Virus record (IMG/VR): IMGVR_UViG_3300029913_000003
Coordinates: 64,001-128,000 of that record
Length of the DNA: 64,000 nt
DNA from: a virus
Direction: 5' to 3' (one strand)
A program made the position numbers and the translations under genes. Of this stretch, positions 18,125-26,946 are shown piece by piece. The notes beneath the pieces were generated by a model that had not been told where the DNA came from, ran no database searches, and saw only the letters and a list, made by a program, of their open reading frames with translations. Within the stretch, counting starts at the first letter, position 1. Every line of letters starts with the position of its first letter.

Positions 18125-18265
18125 TCATGTTAATTATTTTTATCTATTTAGTATATTTTCAACATTTTGTTTATATATTTAATATGAATTTGTTAATATA
18201 TTTTACATCGTAATAATATTTATAATAATAATTTATAAAAAAGTCATATTTTTAAAAATTTATTG

Positions 18266-18273
18266 TATCTTTG
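18266..18273 (+). promoter_or_regulatory. -7 box TATCTTTG (direct repeat of 15930 context)
   Basis: aatttattgtatctttg lies 15 nt upstream of the ATG at 18288. Confidence 0.45.
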
Positions 18274-18287
18274 TAAAAAAGATTAAT

Positions 18288-18500
18288 ATGAAATATCTAT
18301 GTAAAAAGACATATTTATCATATTTTATATTTGGTGAATATTATGAAAGTGAATTAGGTAGAGATAATACTATAAACATGATCATTGATAGTAACTCATG
18401 GATACATTTTAAGTTAGATAAAAATTCAAAGTTATATGAGTATTTTTATGATGAAAATCAAATTAGAAAAATGAAATTAAAAAAATTAAAAATATTTTAA
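18288..18500 (+). CDS. Family B tagged protein
   Basis: MKYLCKKTY ... IRKMKLKKLKIF. Confidence 0.55.
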   Translation: MKYLCKKTYLSYFIFGEYYESELGRDNTINMIIDSNSWIHFKLDKNSKLYEYFYDENQIRKMKLKKLKIF

Positions 18501-18501
18501 T

Positions 18502-19191
18502 ATGAAAGTAAGAATGTCAAGCAAAAATGATTATGATTCTAAATATGATTGGAATTGTTTTTGTCAAGGTGGAGAATCTGGAATCGTTTTACCATCAGGT
18601 AGTTTTGATAAATTATTTTCTGGAAATCCAATAGAAGGATTATCAGAAGGAATATCAAGTAAAGAAACTTATACTACCGCATTTTTTGAAGCATTTCCTA
18701 AAACTCCAGATTGCTTTATTCGTGGAGAAGGTAAAACAATTGAAGAAGCTGAAGAAAGTGCTTGGAAAAAATTTCAAAAGATTATAACTTGTAATCATGA
18801 AATGGAACGTAGAGATAGAACAGATGGTTATGCATATTGTAAACATTGCTCATATTCAGCGACTGTATTTGAACCTTTAACTAAATGTTGTAAATGTGGT
18901 AAACCAACCGCATATAGTACTGATTATAAAGGTAATTATTATTGTAAAAAACATCACTTTACAAAGCCAAAAAATCCAAATCATTCAATGTGGGAGATTG
19001 AGCATAAAAGACTTTCAAGAAAGCATAAGAAATTATTAAAAATATGTGCTAAAAAAATGTTTGAATCAGAAGGTCATTATGGTAAAATTAAATTTAAATA
19101 CTTTGCAGGAAAAATTCTTACTTGTGATGGGTATAGATTAGATATTTTATTTAGAAGTCAAGAAATAAAGTTTATACAAAAATGGAAATAA
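18502..19191 (+). CDS. Cys/His-rich zinc-binding hypothetical protein
   Basis: Multiple CxxC and HxxC pairs: CKHCSYS, CCKCGKP, CKKHHF. Confidence 0.45.
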   Translation: MKVRMSSKNDYDSKYDWNCFCQGGESGIVLPSGSFDKLFSGNPIEGLSEGISSKETYTTAFFEAFPKTPDCFIRGEGKTIEEAEESAWKKFQKIITCNHEMERRDRTDGYAYCKHCSYSATVFEPLTKCCKCGKPTAYSTDYKGNYYCKKHHFTKPKNPNHSMWEIEHKRLSRKHKKLLKICAKKMFESEGHYGKIKFKYFAGKILTCDGYRLDILFRSQEIKFIQKWK

Positions 19192-19192
19192 T

Positions 19193-19226
19193 TAAAAAAA
19201 GCATCAATTAAATTGATTCTTTTTTA
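19193..19226. terminator. Bidirectional intrinsic terminator
   Basis: aaaaaaaGCATCAATTaaATTGATTCtttttt. Confidence 0.45.
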
Positions 19227-19730
19227 TAAGTTAAAGTTTGAAGATGCTAAATGAAGAGGTAAATTTTCAGTTATAACATCATATAAAATTTTGAATTCAT
19301 CAATTATATCACCCATTGTTTTAGATTTTTTAATAATATTTTCTATTATAGGTGAATATATTTCAGTTAATTCAGTGTATACGTTATCTGGCATTTTCCT
19401 AATCTCAATTTTTGATGGACCTCCTATAAATCCATTAATTGGTGATGTATGATATTTAATTCTATTAACTGAATATTTTGGATTCATTGATTGCATAGCT
19501 GATTCCCTCTCTTTTTCTGTTATTATAATTTTTCTTAATTCAGGATCATTTAAGCATTCAGATTTTTCTATTATTTGTTCAATAATACCATAAATTGGAG
19601 AGCATGACCGATAATTAGTACCATAAGTCATATTTCCGTTACTGTTATTTATAGTAATATTAAAATCTTTATTCTTATATAAAGTAATTTCTCTCTCTTT
19701 CTGTTTTTCAAACGTTTTTAAATATTTCAT
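19224..19730 (-). CDS. Family A protein
   Basis: MKYLKTFE ... SSNFNL. Confidence 0.55.
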   Translation of the reverse strand: MKYLKTFEKQKEREITLYKNKDFNITINNSNGNMTYGTNYRSCSPIYGIIEQIIEKSECLNDPELRKIIITEKERESAMQSMNPKYSVNRIKYHTSPINGFIGGPSKIEIRKMPDNVYTELTEIYSPIIENIIKKSKTMGDIIDEFKILYDVITENLPLHLASSNFNL

Positions 19731-19739
19731 ATAAATAGT

Positions 19740-19949
19740 TTATGATAATTTTTTATATTGATTATCTGTTATTATTAATATATAATCACCTTCAGTGGTT
19801 GATATATTATATACACTCTGATTATTATTTATAGCAGATAAGATATCAAGATATTCATCTATCATATCCAAATCTAAATTTTTTTCAGATAATTTAGATG
19901 TCACGATTTCTTTAGTTATTTGTGATAACTCTAATATTCTAACTTTCAT
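19740..19949 (-). CDS. Hypothetical protein
   Basis: 69-aa ORF inside the Family A array, lacking both tags. Confidence 0.35.
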   Translation of the reverse strand: MKVRILELSQITKEIVTSKLSEKNLDLDMIDEYLDILSAINNNQSVYNISTTEGDYILIITDNQYKKLS

Positions 19950-20012
19950 TAGTGTATATTAATATTAATTTTTAATTGTAATACTTTGTTAATGATTATT
20001 ATATATTAATTT

Positions 20013-20351
20013 TTATAAGTTGAATTTATCTGATGTCAGTTCAAAATCTTGAAGTTTAACCTTTCCCATAAATAATGCATGATCTCTATTATCTGGTTCT
20101 AATTTTAAAATCCATTCAAAATATTCATCATAATCATCTGTTAAGCTATTATATTGTTTAACTTTTTCTTTATAAATATATACAAGAACATTTTCATTAG
20201 TATACCAAAGGCACCAATCTTCAATTAAATCATCTGGTACTCCTATCTTTTTTAAAGACAATCTAAAATATGGTTGCAATAATGTTACTTGCCAATATTT
20301 ATCCTCATATTTCCAATCACCATATTTTTCAAATGTATTTATATATTTCAT
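20013..20351 (-). CDS. Family A protein
   Basis: MKYINTFE ... SDKFNL. Confidence 0.6.
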   Translation of the reverse strand: MKYINTFEKYGDWKYEDKYWQVTLLQPYFRLSLKKIGVPDDLIEDWCLWYTNENVLVYIYKEKVKQYNSLTDDYDEYFEWILKLEPDNRDHALFMGKVKLQDFELTSDKFNL

Positions 20352-20683
20352 AGATTAAAATTTTTTGCTTTTATTTTATATTCTAAATCTTCTTTATTTT
20401 CAGAATAATCAATAATACTACTATATAAAAATTCTCTAAATCCAATATTATGATTAAGATTATAATTCTCATATCCAAATAAACTTGCAATCTCCATAGG
20501 TATATCTTCGTATTCAACACTTACTGTATTGAAATGATATTTTATTTCAATTTTTATAATTTTACCAATAGTATTATCAATAAAATCAGTCATTTCTTTA
20601 TTCTGCATGGAAGATTTCATTAATACATAATCTCCTACTTTTGGTTCATCTTTAATATTTTCAAATTTCTTTATATATTTCAT
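20348..20683 (-). CDS. Family A, GDYV/NNIGK core subfamily
   Basis: MKYIKKFEN..VGDYVLM..NTIGKII..AKNFNL. Confidence 0.6.
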   Translation of the reverse strand: MKYIKKFENIKDEPKVGDYVLMKSSMQNKEMTDFIDNTIGKIIKIEIKYHFNTVSVEYEDIPMEIASLFGYENYNLNHNIGFREFLYSSIIDYSENKEDLEYKIKAKNFNL

Positions 20684-20991
20684 AAGTTAAATTTATTTGC
20701 TTGTAATTTCAATTTTAATTCTTCAATTGTTTTTCCATATTCCACTAATAATTCGATATCAAAAATTCTTGTACCATCATGAAAAAATAAATCTATATTA
20801 TCTGGTATATTTTCATATCTAACTCTACATTTATATTTTTTTAAATTTGGATCGAATTCTACAGCTGTTAATCTACCAAAATTTTTAGTTACAAAATTTA
20901 TAACGCTATTAGTACTATAACTATTCATTAAAACATAATCACCAACTTCTGGTAAATCAATATTATTTTCAAATTTCTTTATATATTTCAT
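20680..20991 (-). CDS. Family A, GDYV/NNIGK core subfamily
   Basis: MKYIKKFEN..VGDYVLM..EELKLKLQANKFNL. Confidence 0.6.
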   Translation of the reverse strand: MKYIKKFENNIDLPEVGDYVLMNSYSTNSVINFVTKNFGRLTAVEFDPNLKKYKCRVRYENIPDNIDLFFHDGTRIFDIELLVEYGKTIEELKLKLQANKFNL

Positions 20992-21239
20992 AAATTAAAT
21001 TTATTGGTATTTAATAATAATTCAAAATTTTCAATTTCTAATGAAGTTAAAAATCTTAAAATTTGTTCTTTAATAATTCCAATTTTACATATTTCATTTT
21101 GAACTAAATAAAATGACTCGTCTTTTTTAATTATTTTAGCATCAAATGTATAGTTATTTTGTCTATATTTTATATAATCACCAACTTTACAATCGTTAGG
21201 ATTAAATAATTTCTTTTCAAATCTTTTTATATATTTCAT
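20988..21239 (-). CDS. Family A protein
   Basis: MKYIKRFE..VGDYIKY..TNKFNL. Confidence 0.6.
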   Translation of the reverse strand: MKYIKRFEKKLFNPNDCKVGDYIKYRQNNYTFDAKIIKKDESFYLVQNEICKIGIIKEQILRFLTSLEIENFELLLNTNKFNL

Positions 21240-21733
21240 AAGTTAAATTTATCTATATTATTATATAATCCAGGAATACTATAAATATTTCTAAAATATT
21301 TCGGAGTCATAAATTTTTCCTTCTTACAATCATAAACAAAAACTACTTCAATTTTTCTATAATCTTTTAAAAATACATGAATATCTCCAAATTCTGCTGA
21401 TTCACCATCGTAATTGACTCCTAATACAAAATCTGGTCCTTCACTTACATAATCAAATTCATATTGATTGATAGCATTTACTCCATCTTTTATTGATTTT
21501 GGAGTACCATCAAACCAATCGCAAACATCTATAGCAGCAGAGATATAATCATTATCTGTTACATCATCAGCCATTCCAAATGCATATTCTAAAATTTGAT
21601 GATTTAATGGTATAGGATCATCAGAAGGTAACGGCTTACCATTACAAAAACTAAGTGCAATTTCTGGTGTAACTTCTAAATAAAATTCAGCATCATTTTG
21701 ATCTAAACTTTCAAACCTTTTTATATATTTCAT
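21236..21733 (-). CDS. Family A protein
   Basis: MKYIKRFE ... IDKFNL. Confidence 0.6.
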   Translation of the reverse strand: MKYIKRFESLDQNDAEFYLEVTPEIALSFCNGKPLPSDDPIPLNHQILEYAFGMADDVTDNDYISAAIDVCDWFDGTPKSIKDGVNAINQYEFDYVSEGPDFVLGVNYDGESAEFGDIHVFLKDYRKIEVVFVYDCKKEKFMTPKYFRNIYSIPGLYNNIDKFNL

Positions 21734-22219
21734 AAGTTAAATTTAATTGTTTGATTAACTTGTTCAGGATCTTTTAATATTCTATATAATTCTAACCATC
21801 TTGTTATTTCTTCATATTCATCATCATCATATCTCCATTCATTTGGTAAAGTTGGATCATGAACTATTTCGTCATCATCATAAAGAATTTCAAATTTTTC
21901 TCCTATTAATACATTGAGTTCTTCCTTCGTAACTCTTATTATTTTTTTGCTACTCAAAGCATATAACGCTATCATGCCTTCTAAATGATTTTAAAAACTT
22001 TTTTATATCATCTTCTTCATCTGAATCATATCTCCATTCATCTAGATGATTTGAATCATATCTAATTCTTTCATTATCATAAAGAACTGTAAAATCATTG
22101 TCTATTAATGCATCAAGTTCTTCTTGAGTTACTTTTATAATTTTAGAATCATTATCTAAATTTATTAAATTAATCATATTTTCTTTTTTCCTTGATTCAA
22201 ATGTTTTTATGTATTTCAT
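21730..22219 (-). pseudogene. Family A member split by frameshift after an internal duplication
   Basis: ORF 21950-22219 has the N-terminal tag but ends ..VICFE. ORF 21730-21975 has the C-terminal tag but lacks the N-terminal tag. The two halves are paralogous (IIKVTQEELDALI / IIRVTKEELNVLI; DEWRYDSDEE / NEWRYDDDEYEE). Confidence 0.45.
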
Positions 22220-22530
22220 AAGTTAAATTTATTTGCACTATCATTAAGTTCAATTCGGTTATATAATTCTTCTGTTGTTATTTCTTTACCAAATTCATCA
22301 ACTAATTTATATGAAAAATTTAATAATCCTTCTTCAAGAATAATATGCTCAATTGTATATTGTATTAACGATTTTTTATCATTTTTATAATCCTTTTCAT
22401 ATTGTATATAATAACTATCTTTAATCAAATCATCAAAAGGAATATGACGTTTATCAACTGGTATAGTAACAATAGCGAATATTCCTGTAATGCTATCAGT
22501 TGAATTTTCATTAAATTTTTTTATTTTCAT
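22216..22530 (-). CDS. Family A variant (N-term MKIKKFNE, C-term ANKFNL)
   Basis: First gene of a ten-gene minus-strand array. Confidence 0.55.
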   Translation of the reverse strand: MKIKKFNENSTDSITGIFAIVTIPVDKRHIPFDDLIKDSYYIQYEKDYKNDKKSLIQYTIEHIILEEGLLNFSYKLVDEFGKEITTEELYNRIELNDSANKFNL

Positions 22531-22589
22531 ATTAATAATTGATTTTATCTATATATAAAATTTATAAGTTATTTTTTATATATAAAGAT

Positions 22590-23105
22590 ATGAAACATTT
22601 GAAATTATATGAGGAATTAAAATTCAATGAGAAACAATACCATACTTATGAACTATTGAATCTTGTTCAGATGCATGATTTAGGTTCAAAAGGAGAAGCT
22701 GAAATGATTGATATGATAAATTCTGGACAAATAGATTTAAATTTACAAGATCAACTAAGTTATAGAACAGCTTTAATATATTCTATGATTAATAGATATG
22801 AAAAAGTATTTGATGAATTGATAAAATCAGATGTGAATTTAGATTTACAAGATGATAATGGAAATACAGCATTAATAATCTCAGCAATAGGTAGCACTGG
22901 AAGTAGTAGTGATTATTATAAATCTATAATGGAAAAATTAATTGATGCAGGAGCAGATTGGAATAAAACACAAAATTATGGACGTGAAAAAGATTTTCTT
23001 GAACATATACAAGATAACGAATTTAAAAGACATATATTAAAGAAATATCATAAACAATATGAAATATATTTAATGATAAAAACTTCTGAAAAATTTAATA
23101 TATGA
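22590..23105 (+). CDS. Family A protein with ankyrin repeats
   Basis: Start at MKHLKLYEE (ATG at 22590). Ankyrin signatures GNTALIISA and DAGADWN. C-terminal SEKFNI. Confidence 0.6.
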   Translation: MKHLKLYEELKFNEKQYHTYELLNLVQMHDLGSKGEAEMIDMINSGQIDLNLQDQLSYRTALIYSMINRYEKVFDELIKSDVNLDLQDDNGNTALIISAIGSTGSSSDYYKSIMEKLIDAGADWNKTQNYGREKDFLEHIQDNEFKRHILKKYHKQYEIYLMIKTSEKFNI

Positions 23106-23575
23106 AATATATAAAAACATTTGAACAAAATTTAGATTTAAATAATGAATTAATAGACTCTTGTATAAATAATAATATAAAAAAAGTTGAAAGTTTAATA
23201 AAACAAGGAGCTGATGTTAATTATATCAATAAAGATGGTTTCAACTCATTAATATATTCTGTTAATAATATTGATATTTTAAAAATATTAATTAAAAACG
23301 GAGCGGATGTAAATATCCAAGATACTACAAATCAAGGTTATACACCATTATTACTAGCATCCTCTAATAGATTTATGTTTCCTTATATCGAAAATTATGA
23401 TACTATAAAATTATTAATAGATTCAGGAGCTGATTGGAATGTTAAAGGTAGAATTGTTAAAATTACTTTTTTTGATTATTTACCTACTGAAATTAAAGAA
23501 AAAATTAAAAAAGATTATCCAGATAAATATGAAGATTATTTATTACAACAAGAAGCTGAAAAATTCAACATATAA
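23102..23575 (+). CDS. Family A protein with ankyrin repeats
   Basis: MKYIKTFE. Ankyrin signatures QGADVNY, NGADVNIQD, GYTPLLLAS, DSGADWN. C-terminal AEKFNI. Confidence 0.65.
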   Translation: MKYIKTFEQNLDLNNELIDSCINNNIKKVESLIKQGADVNYINKDGFNSLIYSVNNIDILKILIKNGADVNIQDTTNQGYTPLLLASSNRFMFPYIENYDTIKLLIDSGADWNVKGRIVKITFFDYLPTEIKEKIKKDYPDKYEDYLLQQEAEKFNI

Positions 23576-23577
23576 AA

Positions 23578-23612
23578 AAAGACTCAATTAAATTGAGTCT
23601 TTTTTAAATTTT
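23578..23612. terminator. Bidirectional intrinsic terminator
   Basis: aaaaaaAGACTCAATTaaATTGAGTCTtttttt. Confidence 0.55.
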
Positions 23613-23628
23613 AGAAATATATTAATTT

Positions 23629-23829
23629 TTAATTTATTACTTCTACATTAGAACAATTCAGTCCTTTTTTACCTTCAACTAGATCAAAACTGACTTCGTC
23701 ATTTTCATATATTTTGTCTATCAAATTTGTGATGTGAACAAAATATTCCTTACCTGTTTCTTTTTCGGCTACGAACCCATATCCTTTTTCCGAATTGAAA
23801 AATTTTACGGTGCCATTTAATTTACTCAT
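23629..23829 (-). CDS. cspA: Cold-shock protein (CspA family)
   Basis: GTVKFFNSEKGYGFV ... VHITNL includes the RNP1/RNP2-like motifs. Confidence 0.85.
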   Translation of the reverse strand: MSKLNGTVKFFNSEKGYGFVAEKETGKEYFVHITNLIDKIYENDEVSFDLVEGKKGLNCSNVEVIN

Positions 23830-23896
23830 TATTTATTATTATTTTTATTATTGTGGATAAATTCCACATTCTATATAGTAATAAAAAATAATAAGT

Positions 23897-24772
23897 TTAT
23901 AAATATTTGAAATAATTATTTTTATAAGATTTTTTGTTACCTGATAATACTTCCCATATTCTATTAGTTTTAGTATTAAAATACGACGCACAATTTTTTA
24001 CACTATTAAATTCTTTAATTATTTCTCCACTTTCTGATATTTGAGCAACTTTTTTAGATCTTAATAATTTATATTCTTCAGTCATAGGTCTTTTTTTTAC
24101 ACCAATCATAGCTTTACTCATTTTCAATTTAACTTCATCTGTTCTTTTTTGACCAGTATTCTTTTTTACCCTTTTTTCAATAGTTTCTTTACTTTGCTGT
24201 TTACCTTTTTTTGAAATGCTTATTTTTAATTTAGCTTCATCACTCATTTTTTTACCTTTATTTAATATACTTAATTTTAATTTAGTTTCATCACTTGTTA
24301 TTCTACCTTTTTGTGATTTACTCATTTTTAATTTAGTTTCATCTGAAATATTTATTCCTTTTAATTTTTCTGATATTATTTTTTTTGTTTCTTCACTTTG
24401 TTTTATACCAAAGTGACTTTTGTTTCCAATACTTTTTTGCCTTAATATATCTTTTGTTTTGTCACTATGTTTCATTCCTAAATTATGTCCAGCATTAGGT
24501 AAAATATTATATCCATTTTTACAGCAATCAAAAAAATCAATATAATATTGTTCTCTAATTAAAATTTCATTAATACTACATTCTTCTAAAATTGTATATG
24601 TAAAATTTTCAATACCATATTTATCATAAGCTCTTTGTAATTTAATAGAATGATGTTTATTCTTTTTTAATTGATTCTTATGTTGAGTAAATCTTCCTTT
24701 AACATTTATTGATGATCCAACATAACATTTATTATTTATTAAATTTGTTATTTTATATACACCAATAATCAT
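23897..24772 (-). CDS. GIY-YIG homing endonuclease (Seg/I-TevI-like) with C-terminal repeated DNA-binding modules
   Basis: GVYKITNLINNKCYVGSS..RFTQHKN is the GIY-YIG motif. Repeated SDETKLKMSKSQKG / SDEAKLKIS modules. Confidence 0.8.
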   Translation of the reverse strand: MIIGVYKITNLINNKCYVGSSINVKGRFTQHKNQLKKNKHHSIKLQRAYDKYGIENFTYTILEECSINEILIREQYYIDFFDCCKNGYNILPNAGHNLGMKHSDKTKDILRQKSIGNKSHFGIKQSEETKKIISEKLKGINISDETKLKMSKSQKGRITSDETKLKLSILNKGKKMSDEAKLKISISKKGKQQSKETIEKRVKKNTGQKRTDEVKLKMSKAMIGVKKRPMTEEYKLLRSKKVAQISESGEIIKEFNSVKNCASYFNTKTNRIWEVLSGNKKSYKNNYFKYL

Positions 24773-24951
24773 TTTTGATTTATTATTTTTTCAATAAAAT
24801 CTTTCATAGCATTTTCTATGAATAATGATTTATTAATTGATTTCTCTTTTGAAATCTTATCAAATTCTTTTGATATTTCTTTTTCTATTGTAAATGTTTT
24901 TTGAACTTTCATATATTGTTTTATCTGTATATATAAATATAATAAAGTCAA
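24769..24951 (-). CDS. Small hypothetical protein
   Basis: 60-aa ORF. Overlaps the GIY-YIG gene by 4 nt. Confidence 0.3.
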   Translation of the reverse strand: MTLLYLYIQIKQYMKVQKTFTIEKEISKEFDKISKEKSINKSLFIENAMKDFIEKIINQK

Positions 24952-24960
24952 AAACAGGCA

Positions 24961-24997
24961 AAAAAAAAGACTACAGATATTTCTGTAGTCTTTTTAA
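24961..24997. terminator. Intrinsic terminator hairpin
   Basis: aaaaaaaAGACTACAGAtatttCTGTAGTCTttttt. Confidence 0.5.
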
Positions 24998-25013
24998 ATA
25001 AATAATAAGTTTA

Positions 25014-25370
25014 TTATATTTTAGATATTTTATTTAATTCGTTTAATTTGAATTTTCTTTCTAATTGTTTAGGAATTTCATATTTGAATTCGTAACCTTG
25101 ACTTCTCAAATAATCTATTGCTATTAAAGGAGATATACTTTCAGTTATCATTCCGCCCCAATTGCCATTGTTTCTATGTAAGTTAATAATACCATTATAA
25201 TATATTGTGATATAAGAATCATTCACATTATTATATGCAGTTGATGTTGTATTAATTTGAACTGCTAATCCATAATTCCATTCACCTGCAAGATAATCAA
25301 TAAATGGCTCACCGTACATTTCGCATATTATTTCAACTTCTTCTTTGGTTATATTTTTTAAATCTTTCAT
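25014..25370 (-). CDS. Hypothetical protein
   Basis: 118-aa ORF. Confidence 0.4.
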   Translation of the reverse strand: MKDLKNITKEEVEIICEMYGEPFIDYLAGEWNYGLAVQINTTSTAYNNVNDSYITIYYNGIINLHRNNGNWGGMITESISPLIAIDYLRSQGYEFKYEIPKQLERKFKLNELNKISKI

Positions 25371-25558
25371 TTTTTAGGTTTTTTATTTTTTATTATTAAT
25401 TCAACTATATAAAAAAAACTTACAATTATTATAATATCAAATGTTAAGCAGAATCTCCACCATTCAAAAGAATATGCTTTTATATTTATAAAAATAGCAA
25501 TTTTACTTATAATCATGCCTATAATAATGCTAAAAATATACATTGTTTTATTTTTCAT
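25367..25558 (-). CDS. Small membrane protein (two predicted TM helices)
   Basis: Hydrophobic helices with a KKPKK tail. Confidence 0.35.
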   Translation of the reverse strand: MKNKTMYIFSIIIGMIISKIAIFINIKAYSFEWWRFCLTFDIIIIVSFFYIVELIIKNKKPKK

Positions 25559-25934
25559 AACTATTTTTTAATTTTAAATAAATTTGATAATATTCTTCTT
25601 CTGAAATTTTATCAATTTCATTATTTATCAATTTAGAATCTTTAGGTTCAGATATTACGTTATCACGTTCAATTTGTTTTTCCTCATATTTCTTCAATTT
25701 TACTTGAATTGCATCATGTTCATTTTTTTGTTTAAGACGTCTTTTTTCATGATAATCTATTGAATTAATCAAATGATTATATAATTTAGTTTCTTTATAT
25801 CTTAAAAATCTATTCATATTATTAGTATTTAAAGTTAATGTGCAAAGATACAAATAAAAATTGAATATAATATAAAAATTAATAATATTTAATATAATAG
25901 GACAGCAATAAAAATATATATAATAATGTCGCAC
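25548..25934 (-). CDS. Hypothetical protein
   Basis: 128-aa ORF. The true start may lie at the downstream MNRFLRYK. Confidence 0.35.
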   Translation of the reverse strand: MRHYYIYFYCCPIILNIINFYIIFNFYLYLCTLTLNTNNMNRFLRYKETKLYNHLINSIDYHEKRRLKQKNEHDAIQVKLKKYEEKQIERDNVISEPKDSKLINNEIDKISEEEYYQIYLKLKNSYEK

Positions 25935-26050
25935 TTAAAGTGACGAGGTTCATTTTTTGGGTTATGTTAGTTTAGAGTCATTATGACTTTGGAATTGTTG
26001 AAAAGCAATGAATGAATTAGCAAACTAAAAATAAAAAAAATAAAAAAATT

Positions 26051-26938
26051 ATGACAAACAACAAACTGTTGGACAGGAACCCTTCTGTTCAAATTTCTAG
26101 CAAAAGAAACGAATTGAAAATTTATCAAGGTAACATTATTTACTTAAATAATGGTGATAACTTTGAACTTAATTTTTTCAATCCAACAAATGAAAAAATT
26201 GGAGTTAGTATCGAATTTAACGGAATCAAAAAAGGAGATTCTTATTTAATTTTAAATCCTGGTCAAAATGTATTTTTAGATCGGTTTTTAGATGAACAAC
26301 GTAAAATGTTATTTGAAACTTATAACATTGATGGTAATAATAAAGAAGCGTTAGAAGCGATTGAAAAAAATGGATTAATTACCTTTAATTTCTATAAAGA
26401 ATATTGGAGAAGTAATAATACTAATGAAGTAAATGTAAATTATGAATTTCCACCTAAGCCTTATAATTATAATAATCTTAATAACACTGGAACATATTAT
26501 GGAAATTATTTTGGAAATTCTTCAATAACATCATTAACTGGAAATTCTATAAGTTTTTCTGGATTTTTTGATACTAATAATTCTAATTCTAAATATAATT
26601 CAGATACTAGTTGTGTTTATACTCAAAGTTGCAATTCATTAAATAATAATATATTTAATTCATCAAGTAATATTGGAGGATCAACATTTACATCTAGTTT
26701 AAATATTAATTCTATTGAAACTGGTAGAGTTGAAAAAGGAGAATTATCAGATCAAAAATTAAAAAATGTAAACGTCGAATTTTCAAATACATCATTCTAT
26801 TCAATATCTTATAAACTTATGCCTTATTCTTCTAAATCTCAGAGTATCAATGAGATACGTGAATATTGTAATGAGTGCGGATATCGTTTAAGAAAAAGTT
26901 CTTGGAAATTCTGTCCGAAATGCGGAACTAAAATTTAA
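26051..26938 (+). CDS. Hypothetical protein with C-terminal zinc ribbon
   Basis: C-terminal CNECGYRLRKSSWKFCPKCG. Confidence 0.5.
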   Translation: MTNNKLLDRNPSVQISSKRNELKIYQGNIIYLNNGDNFELNFFNPTNEKIGVSIEFNGIKKGDSYLILNPGQNVFLDRFLDEQRKMLFETYNIDGNNKEALEAIEKNGLITFNFYKEYWRSNNTNEVNVNYEFPPKPYNYNNLNNTGTYYGNYFGNSSITSLTGNSISFSGFFDTNNSNSKYNSDTSCVYTQSCNSLNNNIFNSSSNIGGSTFTSSLNINSIETGRVEKGELSDQKLKNVNVEFSNTSFYSISYKLMPYSSKSQSINEIREYCNECGYRLRKSSWKFCPKCGTKI

Positions 26939-26946
26939 TTTATAAT

